From Sphagnum compactum (lineage: Eukaryota): a stretch of DNA of 64,000 bases. The first letter of the stretch is position 1; every line of letters begins with the position of its first letter. Where the stretch lies: NCBI GenBank assembly GCA_965153455.1, contig OZ234493.1, forward strand, positions 6,562,213 through 6,626,212. The letters are read 5' to 3'. The position numbers and the translations under genes were made by a program. The notes beneath the pieces were generated by a model that did not search any database, was not told the DNA's origin, and saw nothing but the letters and a program-made list of their open reading frames with translations. Positions 11,701-26,066 of the stretch are shown here, in pieces.

Positions 11701-14700
11701 TGATTTTAAAGGGTTTTTCTATTAATGTTATCCATAATAAATCACTTTCATAAATAATTATAAATGATTATGTTTATTAAATCTAAATTACACTAAATAA
11801 TTATTGTTATAACATAGATTTGTATATTATCTAATTTCTATTATTAACTTATTTAATGTGACATTACTTTAAAATCATTGCAATTACTTTAGATAAGAAT
11901 TAATTAGTATATGCATAATTTTCTTCTAATTCAACATAATTATTCACACTCTGTAATTTATAAGTTCAAACCTGAATTAAAAATTTGGAAAAATTGTAGT
12001 GTAGTTAAAATAATTATTTTACTGATTTTCATTTCACGAATTTTTTTTTTAAGTATCATGTGATTAATCATCTATGATAAATATTGTATAGTAATTTTAC
12101 AGTAATTATGAATATTAATGTTATGTTTAACAAATTATTGTACTTATAGTTAATAATTACTAAGAACAAAAAACTATTTGACCTATAATAATTTTAAAAA
12201 AATTTGTGTAAGAACTTATTTTCTAATAACAATTGTTAATTCATTACTTATAATTTTAACATAAATATTTAAAATAAGTTAATTTTTAAATTATAATCAT
12301 TAAATTTTTTACATTAATTATATTATATATAATTCGATTAGATTCTAAAAATATCTTAGTTATTTATGAGTTATGTATAATAACTTGTGAATAACTAAAT
12401 AGCTAGTTTGTTAAATATTAAGTAGTTATTGCTTATTTAAGTAATTGATAATGAATACTGAATATTTGTAGTGTATAATTTATAATTTAAATATATGTAA
12501 ATTTAGTCATTATTAATTAAATGATTATCTACTTACTTAGTATTTGAATTATTTAGAAATATAAAAACTAAGAAAGTAAGGCATGAAGAAAGTTTTGGAA
12601 TTACAACTTAATTTTTGAGGAAATTACAACTTCAAAACTTATCCAATATTATTTGTTCTTCATTCCTATTTTGAACACTATATAAACAATGGGTGTGGTC
12701 ATCCAATTTCACATTAAGAAATTTGTGCACATGGGATGAGCAAATCAAAAGGTTCAACCCAAAACAAAAAAACAAATCATGCACATTTCTAAAATATTTA
12801 CCTTCCCAACCTACTTATCTACCTAGTTAAGTAGGTACCTTGTTTGACCTACCCACCTAGGCTGACCTATGTACCTACCTATATGAGTAGGTATTTTACC
12901 TAGGATAGTAAAACCTACCTACCTACCTATTTTTTTTACCTAAGTAGGTAGGTTGGTATGTAGCCTAGGTTTGTAGGCCCCTATTATGTACCTACGTAAG
13001 TACTTACCAACCTTTTTTAATGCCACGTGGCATACTTACATTGGGCCATGTGTCATAATATAAAATCATCCAAGTATTTGAATTGAACGTCTTAGATTAT
13101 TTCAAAATAATAATAATAATAATAACATTTTAAATAATTAATATATTAAGACATGTGGCAACACATCATTTGCCCTCCATTGTGACCAAAATAGTTGCAT
13201 CTTAGTTGCATGTGACAATACATATACAATGTAGTCAAAGGATGAAATGTATTTGTTGATTTTTTCTTTCATACAATACCCTTTGTCATTTGCGACTAAT
13301 TTATCACATGTGACTTGTCTTAGGCGACTAAAGGGATTTTAGTCGCAAAATGTCTCTTGTGACTAAAATTTAGTCACAAAGACTAGTTGAAAATAGATGT
13401 TTTTTTTTTAGTGTTCCCATCTTTAACCACATTACTATGTGTTTTTCCCATCCATATTGGGTGCACTTCAAGTTCACATGGACATGCAAGGAAATCAATT
13501 GTGCAATGAGAAAATATACCATTCAATCCACAAATATGCAATTTTTGATAGTTCAATCTAAATACATGTAATATAAGTTGTTTTGGCAAACCTTCACAAC
13601 CACCACATAGTCACATATGATAAAAATGAATTTGGACTATGCAAACATGATCAAGCTATAGATACTCTCCAACAAGGGCATGATGCACACAAGGGCCAAC
13701 AATGTTTCAATGTTTATTAACATGTCAAAGTTTTCACAACCCTCCTAGATAAATGAATTGTCAAGGCATATTTGGTAACAAAGGTTTATACTTAGCTAAA
13801 AGATGTGTATAGGGGCCAAAACCAAGATCCAACATGTTTTTACATCTTAATATTTTGTTGCCTTTTGTTTTCATTATGAACATTGTACATTCAAGATGAC
13901 ATTTTGAACTCTTTGAAAAAAAGATGTGAATGACTTAAAACATCACCTCCAAACAATTCACCACATTCAAATTAGAGAGTGTCTATATGGCTAAGTTTTT
14001 TCTATGAACCATGTGATGTACCCACACAAAAGGGAACCTCATTCTCACAAATTTGATTGGTGGCAACATTCTTCAAACCTTGGAACGCCAAAACACCATC
14101 TACATTAAAGTAGATTCACTTACTTGTTATGTTAGGTGTAGAAACTCTACTAGAAACCAAAGTCTCCATGATCATTAAAGTCATGTTATCATATCCAAAG
14201 CCATCTATCAGTTGTGAAAAACACAATAAAATTGAAAGTCTAACACATCATTGCATTACATACACATGTATCCCTACCCAACTTTGGTTATCTTTCATAC
14301 AAACTTCATCACATGAAATGAAGATGTATTGAACTAGCTTCACAACTTCTTACATCTTCTCCATGATAATTTAATGCATCTCCTTGGCCATTTCCGAAGC
14401 AGTTGCGTCTAACCAATGTTTCATTGGGTCGTTTTTAAGTTGCAAAAAACTATACAAATCTTTTAAACCTTCATACTATCTCAAATGCTTTCCACCTTGT
14501 AAGAGGTGAAACACACTAGCAAACTACGTTCATTTACATTGATACTCCCCTCCCATGCCTTGATCCATTAACTACACCATAATTTCCTTTGTGCATGTTA
14601 TAAACAATGTTTGGTTTTTTACATGACAACAAGATTGATCTAATTAAGTAGCTCTCATTCTTCTTCACACCCTTCTTCAACAAATCTTTTTTTACCTTTC

Positions 14701-15769
14701 ACATGCCTTCACATTTATGGAATTTGTCCCATTTGCAATGCAAGTACATGGGCTTCCTTTCAATGGTGTTGTAAATGTTGCAATTGACATAATACACGTC
14801 ATCAACTCTACCCCTTTTACCCATGGAAATTTGGCAGCCCATGTTTCTTGGAACTACCATTTGTTGTCACCATAGATTTTTAAAAATTCTTTTGTGGCTA
14901 TTCCAAACTTAAATTGCCCAAGTTGATAGGTTTTGCATAGGTTTTAAAACAAGTAGTATGTATGGATTCCCATTGACATTCAAATCCACTAACTCTTGAA
15001 CACATGCAACGATTGTGTCATGAGTTGTTTCATTCTCGATAATGTTGCATAGATAAGCTTGGGAAGATACATGTGTTTTCATAAGTAGCTTTGGTACTAC
15101 TAAGCGAAAAATTCATCAAGAAGTTTTTTTTTTGAGGGAGCCATCAAGCAAAATTGAAATTTAGAACTCTTAATTCCTCATTCTACTCAATGCCTCCAAC
15201 ATGGAAAAAAAAAACATTTAGGCTTGCACACATACAAATGTGCTTACACAATGTTGTGTATATAAGTTTAATAAACACAAATAGATTTAAATGTGAAAAT
15301 TGCAACATGTGGCTTTCTCATGGTAGTAATGAATTTGAGTTCTTTTTCTAACAAACTTACAAACTACTGGCACTTCAGCATTATAAGCTCTTCTTCCCAC
15401 TTTTGGAATTTGGATATGAAACATGAAACTTCAACAATAAATCTTACAAGTTTGCACTTCTTGGTTTTCATCTTAATTAATATCAACATAATGTTGTCAC
15501 TTTGCTAATTTCTAAACCTTTGTCAAGAATCCAATCTTTAAACTTGCTTAGTAAATGTGTTATATATATTAGTTGATTTTATTGGCTACATGAATGTATT
15601 AAGGTTGCTATGAGACTAAAGACTTGGTGAGAGGTGTAGCATTCAAGGTCGTGAAGGAAGGCAAAAAGTAAGTTGATTTATGTGGTCTATTGGGTACATC
15701 TATGATGACTAGTGAGTTGGTAACCTAGCTAGTTGACAACCTATAATACAACAATTTGACTATCATTGC

Positions 15770-18111
15770 CATGTTCAATGGGAATTGTGTATCTTTGTGT
15801 AAGGAAGGTCATGGAATGGGCCGGCTCCCAAGGCAATGTCTGGACTCTGAAGACCTTGCCAGCATAAAGACAACTCACAACCTGTATCTATTCCATCAGA
15901 CCACCGAAAGTGGCCAGAATAAGAACCCATAGAAGTTCCAAAAAGGAAGAGTGCTCTGTAAACAACTCCATTTTTATTTCTGTGTGTATTTTGAGGAATC
16001 TCCCCCAGCAGAAGAACCCTAGGGCTGTGGGAGCTCCCCCAATTTTATATGTTCCCACCTACGGAAATATTTCTTTTCTACAAAACCAGAAAGGTGGAAA
16101 AAAAAAGAGAGTTGTTTATGTAAAGGGAGGTTCCTGGACTAGTGCGTTCACCTGAGGTTTGGGAACACCCTGGGGCTCATGCCCTCGAGTGCCCCTCCCT
16201 CAGGAGAAAGCAGAACCTATAATTAGGCCACCTTTGCTCTAGGTACATTGACCTAATTTGACGAGATACTCAAAACCTTCCATAATTTCTCGGCTGCAAA
16301 ATGTCAGTGTCTTTTTTTCCTGGGTCAATTTTCGACAGCTGCTAAATGTTTTTAAAACGTGAATATTGATTGCCACATTTCGAACTTTTAAGAAACTTGT
16401 CAGAATCTAACATCGGGTTTCTGTGGGTAACCAACCATGTAGTAGGATTCTTGAACGTTTTTTGGTTTCATTTATAGCCAAATTTGGCTAAGTTGTCTTA
16501 TGCATGATGGCCACTCCTGTTATATCACAACAGGTGAAAAAGGACACACTAAGGGCACATTTTCATGAGTGTCTTGGCCCCCACAATTTGTACTTTCCTG
16601 ACCCAAATAGTTGAGGTTTTTATGCAAAAAGTTCAGAAACCCACTATTTGTGGGCTATGAGGTCACAGGTGGCTGCACAACTGGGGTTCAACTAGTAATG
16701 AAAAACTAACATTGGAACAACTTCTGTAGTCAAAAGGGGAATGATGCCAATGTGCATAAGGCGCCATCCTCAGACTGAGCAGGATCGTTCCGTTATAGAA
16801 GGTGTCAGGGTCCATAATTTATGATGGAACTGGCTCCACTGTTCCATCTTCCAGCATATCATGCCCAACAAGGCAAGATGCTGTTCCGTCTGGTGTAAAC
16901 ATGTTCTACTGGGCCTGTTCTAGAGCATAACCAGTGTTCTCCACCACCATTGATGCACATCACTAGAGTGTTCCCCACCGCTGATTCACATTACAAGAGG
17001 AACTGGCAAAACTAAAAATTTGAACCAGAAGATGACCACCTATTGTCACACCTTGGAAAAAGGCTTTAAAACTACCTCAATAAGACAACAAAACTGGATA
17101 CTGAGAGTTAATTTCTAGGTCCTTACAATTCCATTCCATATGCTAATTTAATTAGAGGCTCATAGTCCTATTAGCACTACCATGCATAGATTTTCGATAA
17201 TGAATAGAGGTGCTCATTAAAATCTATATACCTTAGATACATGTTTGTTTGTTTGTTTGGAAGTGACCATGTTGTAACCCTCCTAAACCGTCAGCCCCCA
17301 CTTTGCACTTTTGATACCATCAGAAAGTGCTTGACAAAGCAGTGTGCACGTTTTTCATAAGATGGACAAAACAAAAGTTATTATATTTAAAATTATTTTT
17401 TATCTTCAAAACTTAGTACAGAACTTCAAAAAGAGTCTTTCACTAAGGGGTTCCATAAGAACTTTACAGTTAAGCCCACTTCCACCAGGAGTAGTAATGA
17501 GATGGGTGCCCTAACATGAAATTTATAACATACTGTGCCCACTAGTCTCAATACGAAAACAAGGTTTGGGACTTGGGTTTTTTATTACCATTGTCCACTT
17601 CTTAAGCTAGCAGTATTCAAAATTGTTGAACTATGTTATTTTAATTTTGAAAGAGCAGCACATCATTTAACTGAAATCTACCTTTTCTGAATTGCTGCTA
17701 ATTTATTTATGTATAAGGCAATGACAGTCCCAAGTGTCAATTTGTTGTAAAATTTTGTACATCTATAATCTGTAGCATTGGGAAGTGCCTAATGTGTAGA
17801 TCGATCATTGGACCAGGCCCAAATTCTTGAGTTTGTAAAATGTGCCAAAATTGAAGCTGCTTAGAAATTGGAATCAAATCCATACTCAAAGAATCTCTCC
17901 CCCAAAAGCAAAAATGGAGTGTCAAAACTAGGACAGGAAGCTCTAGGCTCTCCTGAAAATGAAGCACTATACAACACTGGTAAGAACTGAGAACCCACTC
18001 AGAAGCAAAACGATGCCCTAGTATTCAGACGCACAAATTACCTTTTATAAGGTAGCCAAAATTGCTCCCAAATGGCCATTGTTGTTCCTCCATTAGCCTT
18101 TCTTTTGCTGG
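15770..18111 (-). pseudogene. Spliced pseudogene of unidentified product (four exon-like blocks: 18111-18042, 17952-17886, 16980-~16722, 15881-~15770)
   Basis: The first two exons have canonical AG/GT ends around an 89-nt intron and join in phase to PAKERLMEEQQWPFGSNFGYLIKGEPRASCPSFDTPFLLLGERFFD. Exon 3 has stops and frameshifts. Exon 4 reads VVSCLYAGKVFRVQTLPWEPAHSMTFLTQRYTIPIEH. Confidence 0.55.
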
Positions 18112-21100
18112 CTGTAATAGCCAAAACGAGAAATTAAAAATTCGAAGTGTTATAATCAAGTTTAAGATTTTCAGTAGCTACATTAAACCGAAATTTAAGA
18201 AAATTCACCAGATTTTTATACATGATTGAAGTAGGTGGCCAAAAACATAGAACAATTTTTTATTAAAAAAATCACATTTAGCTTGTAGCCAAATTTGGCT
18301 AAATCTTCCTAGATGATCACCACTTTGGCTACATCAAAAGATGGAACAAAAAAAACTGTCTTACATATCAGCCTTGTTATTATTAGTGAATTTTTTCAAA
18401 AAAGAGAAATAATACACTAATAATATATATAAATTAATTGATATTAGAATGTTTCAATAGCCAGAAGTGAGAAAAAAAAGGGTAAATCTGACGATATTTT
18501 CGATGTTTAGATTTCATATCTAGTTTATATCTTCATATCTAGTTTATAGCCAGATTTGGCTAAATCTTCCTAAGGATGATCGCCATTTTGTGTACATCTT
18601 CATATCGATGATTACCCATTAAGCTACATAACAAAATTCCTAAGTAAAACACTGTTACATACATAGCCTACTTATTCACACCTAGCCTATTTTGTCGGAT
18701 CAATTTCAATTATTGTTATGCTTAGCATGTAGGGGACCTGGGGACAGCGCTGATTGCTATTGGATACATGTCCAGAGCGGTACCAACAGGGAAGTCTCTG
18801 GTCGGGATAGGGGGAGTCACACTCGTCAAATTCCGTTTGCACATTTATTAAGGCGTCAGATATTCGACAAAATATTAATAATTAATAATCCATCATCATC
18901 TCTCGCTCAGGACTGCCGAGTTCGAACCCCGCGAGTCGCGACGAGTGCGGCTCGCTTTCCGTGGCCAGCTGTGGTAACTTCCCAGTACGTAATGAATCAT
19001 GATGAATTACTAATAAATAAATAAATAAATTACTAATTCGTTTATAAATTTGCAACCTGGAAAACAATTAATATCTCACATGTCATGAGTCGTTTGGCAG
19101 GATGTCAAAAAAAATATCAGAATTTCAGGTAAAACAATGTACCATTACGGAAGGTAATTCATGTAAACTCTGTAGAACTTTATGAAAAAGGAAACAACAA
19201 GACAAGGAAGCAAAATGGACAAAATCAAAAGACCAGACCCAAGCCCTTGGGTGAACCAGAACTTACACACACCTGTACCACAGTAAAAATCAGTGTTGTC
19301 GGGTTCTTACTTTTCAACAGAACCTTTGGTCTCAGTTTTAAAAACCAGTGTTGTGGGGGTTCTTACTTTCTTTTCTAGACAGCCTTTGGTCCTGGTTCCA
19401 ACTTCTTTTTAACTTTGAAAGAACCTCTGATTTCGGTTCACAGGTCCTATTTTCTTGGTTTGCTAGAACCTCCTGTCTGGTTGTGGACCCAATTCTTTGG
19501 ATTTCAACTCTCTTGATTTCAAAGTTGTGAGCCTAGTTTCAAGGTCCCTTTTTTTTTAATTCAAAATTTGAACCAGTGGTAGGGTAGAGAGGCCCATCGT
19601 CAAACTCAGGCCTACAACCACACACTCATTTAGTGCTATGGGTTGCTGGTTATAGAACATACACAATTGTATGGGTGTTTTAGACTTTGCCTATGATCAA
19701 ACATTCGGATATGACAAATTGTAATCTGAAAATGTTCTGCATATGATCAGGATGTGATTTTTATGGTTGATCATAGGCATAAACTTAGTCATATTTGCAC
19801 ACCTTCTTGCCACTTTAGAGTGTGAAAGTATTTGGTGATGGATGGTGAGATGATTAGAAAATTGAAAATAGTTAAATATCTACAAGCACAAGCGGGTTTC
19901 TTTTTGTGTTTGGTTTTGGGAGTGCCATGGGCTCGTTTGTAGAACCGCATGTTTGGACTAGCAAAATAGAGTTTGGTGATATGCTTTAACATGAACAACA
20001 AAATGAAGAGAACATATCTCAATAGGCAAGGGGCAAACAAAGGGTTGTTTTAAATGTTTGATTTAAGGGATGAGCTAAATGGTCTTATAAAATCCCAAGT
20101 TTTGATTGGAGAAACAAGGTTTGCTAATGGGGTCTACGTGTCACATTAAACATCACACCACTAACCATAAATATGAAAAACCTAATTATGTTCTATTACA
20201 CAAAAGGGCATCCAAATTCAAGTTATGTAGGAATCCCATGGATGCACATCAAATTTAGAATTCAAATGAAACAGGGATACAAATAGTAAGCATTCAAGTG
20301 TAAAGGTTCTAGCTGAATGAGGTTCCCAACAAGTACACATCATCACACCAAAGTTTAGGGAGTGGTTCATTATCAACTTCATTGTCAACATAGCTAAAAA
20401 ATCTTTGTCAGGGTCCTACATATTTAGGGGAGAGAAGATGCATGATCATTACATAAAACTGTGCAGGAACATGTATGGCTACACAAATTAAATCGTGGAT
20501 GAGGGTGGTTGGACTTTTAGGTGAACCAAAACTGGCAGATTTTGGAGTCCATAGTTTTCTTTTTTCATAACTTTCAATGCGATTATTTGATGTTTTGGGA
20601 ATGCAAATTAGTCCATTTGAAAGTAGGAGGCAAAAAGAATACCTAAACTGTAAACTTACAAGTTTTCAAATTATGACATGTGATCCAATTTGATTAGCAA
20701 GGGGAAAAGTTAGAAGCAAAAACATGGGTTTTCTCAAATTTTATATAATTGACAAATGTTATGTTGGGTAGTAATGTCACTTTTTACAAACAATGTTTAT
20801 CAATTTTTTCATTTCAATAGATTATGGACTTTCTAGACTATTCGTAATCTTGCAGACTCCTAATAAACTAAAATATTAAATTGGATTGGAAACCTTTATT
20901 TTAGGATTATAATAGCTTCACAATCATATTAGAAAAAACAATCAACAATTAAAACATGTCTACTATGTAATAAAATTCCATAACATTTTTTATGGACTAT
21001 GATCAGAAGATTTTTTATCATTTGAAAAGTCCACCTTGTAATGAAATGATGGCATTTTATCTTCAATTTTTTTAATTGAATTTTTCAACTATTATAATTT

Positions 21101-21224
21101 AATTAAATGAGTCCCTTTTAAAAATTTCAATCAAACTTCAACACATATTACACCAAATTTAAAGGTGCCCCCATAAAAACTACCCTTATGACACCAAAAA
21201 TTGGATTGTCTATTCTACAACTAC

Positions 21225-23300
21225 CCATGATTAGTTTTTTATTCAAAGAATTATTGTCTTCCTTCAAGAGGTCAATACCAAGTGACCCGCTCCCAACTCC
21301 TTGCGGGACTCAAATGTGAGTCCAAATAGAAAACAACGGAAGAGGAAGGAGTCGGGGCACGCTCCCTGGTTCGCAGCACTTTGGAAGGGTAGAGGGGCGT
21401 GCTGGAGCTTTGGGATGGGACTAGGAAGAATGAACAAGCATCAACTACTCACACGGACCTGCACAAAACCAACACAAAGTGGTTAATGCATAGTTGGAGC
21501 ACTTTTGGTGTTAGGACGAGCCACAGGCAACTCGGGCTCACAAGACTCACCACGGCCCGAACTTGGGGGAAGCCACCACCTTCCCCCTTATATTATACTT
21601 TGTGCCTCTCCGTGAGGCCCACATCCAAATAGCATTTTGTCCTAGGACTCCCAAGTGGGAGTCCCGAAATTGCCAAAGTTAGGATTCCTGCGACTTGGGG
21701 GCCCCATAACTTTGCGATCAGACCTCCGATTGAGATGAGGTCTCAAGCAAAGTTGTAGCCCTTGTCGAGAGCTTTCCAACGGTATGTTGCACGTCACCTG
21801 AACGCACCGAAATCAGGTCGACTCCTGACTTTAGTGGTCGAGAGTCAAACTGCCAATTTGACTCCCGACCCTTCTTTTGGCCATAACGTGTGTTTCAAAT
21901 GTTTAAATGGGTTATGCAAGACCATTTTAGACATCTACGTTCCAAGAGCTTTCCAATTATATAAGGAACTCTTCAAGCCATTGAGTTTTGACCCCTGAAA
22001 TTGTCCTCTGAAGGTTCAGGAGTCCACTAGGACTCCATCTCCCAAAGTGGGAGTTGCCTTGGGAGTGTGAGGGTTCATTCCCTCACACTTTCTTACACTC
22101 CCAGGAACATGCGGTGTGACTCCCGGCTTCCCTCTTGGCCCGTAACCTTGCAAACCCTTTGCCTTGGTCGCGAGCCCAAGGCTAGGGTTACAATAAAGTG
22201 GCATTTCCCTTATTAATAGACATTCATTCATCTTAGATGGACATGGATTTCATGTTACACTAGAAGCAATTGAACAAGCACAAACATTTGGGTTATACAT
22301 GATAACTTTACCTTCCCATATGAGCCATGCACTTTAGCCTTTAGATGTGGTTTGCTTCAAACCTTTCAAACAACTTTCATAAAAAAACATGTTGCAATGG
22401 TCAGTAACAATTACACAAAACTAAATAAGATAACCTTGGTTGGCTAGGTAAAGAAAGTTTTAAACTACTCCCTCACCAAGAAAAACATATTGTTAGGGTC
22501 TAGAATTGCAAGGATTTAGCCACTAAACCTTAATGCAATACATGAAAAAATGATCCCTAGTAGTTTGTACATAAGAAATAATATTACATAGAAGGAAAAG
22601 AATGCATATTCCATATCCAACAAAGAGGATGAAGAGGAGGATAATGATATCCAATGGGAAAAATAATATGCTACAAAAAAAACTTATCAATATAGCAGTA
22701 ATAACAATTCCTATACATCATGAATCCATAGTTGTTGGTGTTTCTGAAATTAACCTTAGGTACTATGTAGATGTGCCTACAAACTTTACAACCATAAATT
22801 AAGGAACTGCACTAAATACATCAAATCTAGTTGTGAACATAGATGAAGTTGCAATAGAAGTGGAGGTGGGAACTAAAAACTTCACCAATTCAACTCAACA
22901 AGTAGTTGCAAATGGTAATTTGTTCCCTTTGCCTCATTTGCTTACAAAAAAACTCAAGGCAAATAACTATTAGTTGATTATTCTCAAAATCGTGTAGTGA
23001 TTTCAAAAAAAAATTGAATATTATGTGATAGAATGCACTGAAATAGGAGGCAATAAAAATAATCAAGAAAGCTCCAAGGAAAGGAAAAGAAGAAAAATAA
23101 GTTAGGAGAGTTTGAAATTCATTAACTGTACCTACAAGAGTCGTTCGTTAGGAACATGAGAGAAAATAGAATTCATTTCAACTTGGTTGGCCAATGCAAT
23201 TAAAAGTGCAAGGGATAAGTTTCACTAGAACTTCCAAACTAGATTATGAACTACAAGGGTGTGAAATTTGGTTGCATGATAGATGCTCATAAATAGGCCA
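21225..23300 (+). pseudogene. pogo/Tc5-type DDE_1 transposase relic, interrupted by the 21283-22195 element
   Basis: Removing the insertion restores FKRSIPSGISLINRHSFILDGHGFHVTLEAIEQAQTFGLYMITLPSHMSHAL*PLDVVCFKPFK (LDGH and QPLD motifs). Downstream limit approximate. Confidence 0.8.
21283..22195. mobile_element. GC-richer ~913-bp interspersed element (solo-LTR-like)
   Basis: Sharp GC/CpG contrast with its flanks. Begins TGACCCGCTCCC and ends GGCTAGGGTTACAATA. Flanked by AAG (or AAGTG); excision restores the host transposase frame. Confidence 0.7.
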
Positions 23301-26066
23301 AACAAGGAACAAGTGCATGAATGCAAGCACAAGGGCATGTTGCAGCACGCTTGCAACCACCCCAAACAATTAATTCATGAACAAGAGCAAAGCGATTGAA
23401 AGAAGGGATCAAATCCTCAAAAAACACAAAATAAATAAAAGAAGACTTGAAAGGGTGGGTTAGATTACATCCAAAAACACAAAGGGGACAAGGGAGGTTC
23501 ATCTCTTTCAAAAACACGAAGGGTTTGGTTCTTCCAAAAACACAAAACCACAAGGGGGGTGGTTGAATTCTATAAAAACACAAGAATTGGAGTTGGGGGG
23601 TGATGGGTACATAAATTCAAGATCAAAAGTTGGGAGGGTTTAATTGGACTAAGAACACAATATCACAACCCGGGGGGGGGTGGATTGTTTGAGAAAAACA
23701 ACAAATGTGAAAAGGAGATCAAAAATAGAAAAATTTGCAAAGAATTAAAAAAATGTGATTTAGAATCACAAGCTCCACCACCAACACCTAGCAGTTGCAC
23801 AATAATGAAAAACATTCAAATTAGATTTTTTCTTTAGAAACTCAAGAATTGAAACTAAAACCCATTTGTACCTCAAGAAGGAATATCATATAAAGAACAC
23901 GTTATACACCAAGAACGAGAGCACAATGAGCTACTATAACACCATGAAACCAACAAGAGAAATAAAACACAGTGAACTACAAAACAATGAGAGAGGAACG
24001 AACAACAAGCTTCATAGTGTTGTCCCACCCAAGCAAGAAGTGAGGAACAATATCCACAAAGAGGAAGGAACTATTGTGTGTGGTGGGAGGGCAATGGGAC
24101 AATGGCAACAAGATTTGAAACAATTTAGGGTTTTGTGGAGTGTTGGGTTACGTATAACTATAGATTTTTTGCCTCATGTACATGTTTTTATCTAGTCCAT
24201 TGAATGAAAATGATTTGTTTAAAAATGGGCATCTTGGTGATGGGTTTATTAATCTTCTACTGAAAGCATGAGTGCTAAACAACATGTGTAAAATTTTTCA
24301 TGTGTGCTGACAGGGCAAACTTTGGTGCAAACCAAGGTACGAGATGATTGGTTATGGTATTTTGTTTTCCAATGACACCTTCAACTTTGCGAGTCCATAT
24401 CTTGGTTGTCTCTCAACCAAATTGAATGATCTAAACTCCAATAGATGTGTCCAGAAAATGTTTCCAATCCATTTTTAAGATAGAGACCCAACCAATTCCA
24501 AATGAAATCACAAATGTCCTTGAATGTTTAAATGTTCTATGACTAGCATCTTTACTATAGTATTCAAGAACCAAAAATTAGAATTGTTGGTTCTCACCTA
24601 CCTAGGTGGAAAACTAAACAATACTAATAAATACCCCAAATTCATTTAAATTGCACCTAAATACTATAAGTATTTCATGTTGAGACTAAATCAAGTTCTT
24701 TGAATCCAAATCTAACCTACCTTGGGTTTAAGATGGCCATTATGATGCCTCATTTAAAAATGTGAAGGCACTAATGTAGGTGTTGGTTCGCATTAGTTAT
24801 TAGTTAAACAATATAATAATGCAACCTAACTAGACAAAACACACATAGAGGTCAAAATTACTCATATCCATGTGGTTACAAATAGGATGTGGAGATGGTC
24901 AAAATTACTCATCTATATATGTGGCTACAAGTATTTTGGATGTGACAATGGATGGGGTCATTATGAGTGAAGCTTGGACTATCATCAACCCCCATCATGG
25001 ATTAAAATGGAAATGACCTGAATCTTGTGTATTTTAACTAAAACCCATCGTATAAGGAAGGTGGTTCAAATCAAAAGGGCAATATCATCCAAACAATGGT
25101 TAATGGGTTACGTGCACATGCAACAGAAAAGGCCTACCACAAATAGGTGAAAAAGCCTTAATTGCATTCAAAAGATAAGGAAAAATGTTATTATTGATAG
25201 TTGATAGGCAAAAAGATGAGGATGATTAATCAAATCATGAACCAAAAAATTGAAATGAATTTAATGGATATAAAGTGTTCAAAAACACTCTTAAAGCATT
25301 GTAACCAGTGTTTTTTCATATTTAAAAAACTTTTGAGAATATTTGAAATGTTTTCAAATGACAAATCCTTGCGAAATGTTTTATATCAAATTTAACAAAA
25401 TAACATATTTTTAAAAATTACTATTTTTGAAGATTTTTTAAAGGTTTTTTCAAAATATTCCAATAATAAGGTAAGTATAGGATAAGCAATTGGGTGTGGG
25501 TCATTTTATTGTATTTGGATCTTCCACTAAAGTATAATTTTGTAATGTTTATATTTACGATGATATTGTTGAAAAGCCTTCAATGAATTGGGTATCATGA
25601 AAATGATATTGTAATATTTGGACCTAAGGTCTAAAATATTTGATATTTGATCTTTTAAATTGAAAATTCAGTAAAAATAGAAAATAATAATTTGAATGAA
25701 AATTGGATATCAAACTTGAATTCAAGAGGTATATCATTTTCCTTTCCAAAATTCATTCAATTGAACAACATATGCCACACTAATTCACATGAAATAAATC
25801 TACCAATTTATTATTTTTAAGATAGGTATTCCAAAAAACTTTTCACAAGTTTCAAGACCAACAATAACATGCAACCTAATAAAGTTAAAAGCCTTTTAAC
25901 ACAAAACTAAAAAACAAAACTAACTCACAACAAAATTCTATTTCAATTTGTTACAAAATTCTAAAAATTCATAGACTTAGAATTTGGACAACAACCCATG
26001 CAAGCTATTTTTCAATGATTTGACTATAAGCAACACATATTTTTATGGGGTTCAAACACTCTAATA

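Larger units (their letters stand above)
10462..13413. mobile_element. Non-autonomous CACTA (CMC-EnSpm) element
   Basis: Starts CACTA at 10462 and ends TAGTG at 13413. 3-bp TSD TTC (10459-10461 / 13414-13416). Subterminal GCAACTA/TAGTTGC/GCGACTA repeats; AT-rich non-coding interior. Confidence 0.85.
10200..15150 (-). pseudogene. Degenerate hAT-superfamily (ZNF862/KIAA1586-like) transposase, split by a CACTA insertion
   Basis: Minus-strand fragments: QETWAAKFPW (~14820-14860), HWLDA...YIFISCDEV..DNQSWVGIHVYV (~14250-14425), DGVLAFQG and HMVHRKNLAI (~13980-14105), IETLLALVCIMPLLESIYSLIMFA (~13640-13712). Many stops and frameshifts; outer limits approximate. Confidence 0.7.

Noticed and set aside
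18900-18945. GTTCGAACCC B-box suggesting a tRNA gene
   Set aside because: T-stem does not pair, and no A-box, D-arm or acceptor stem is found at proper spacing.
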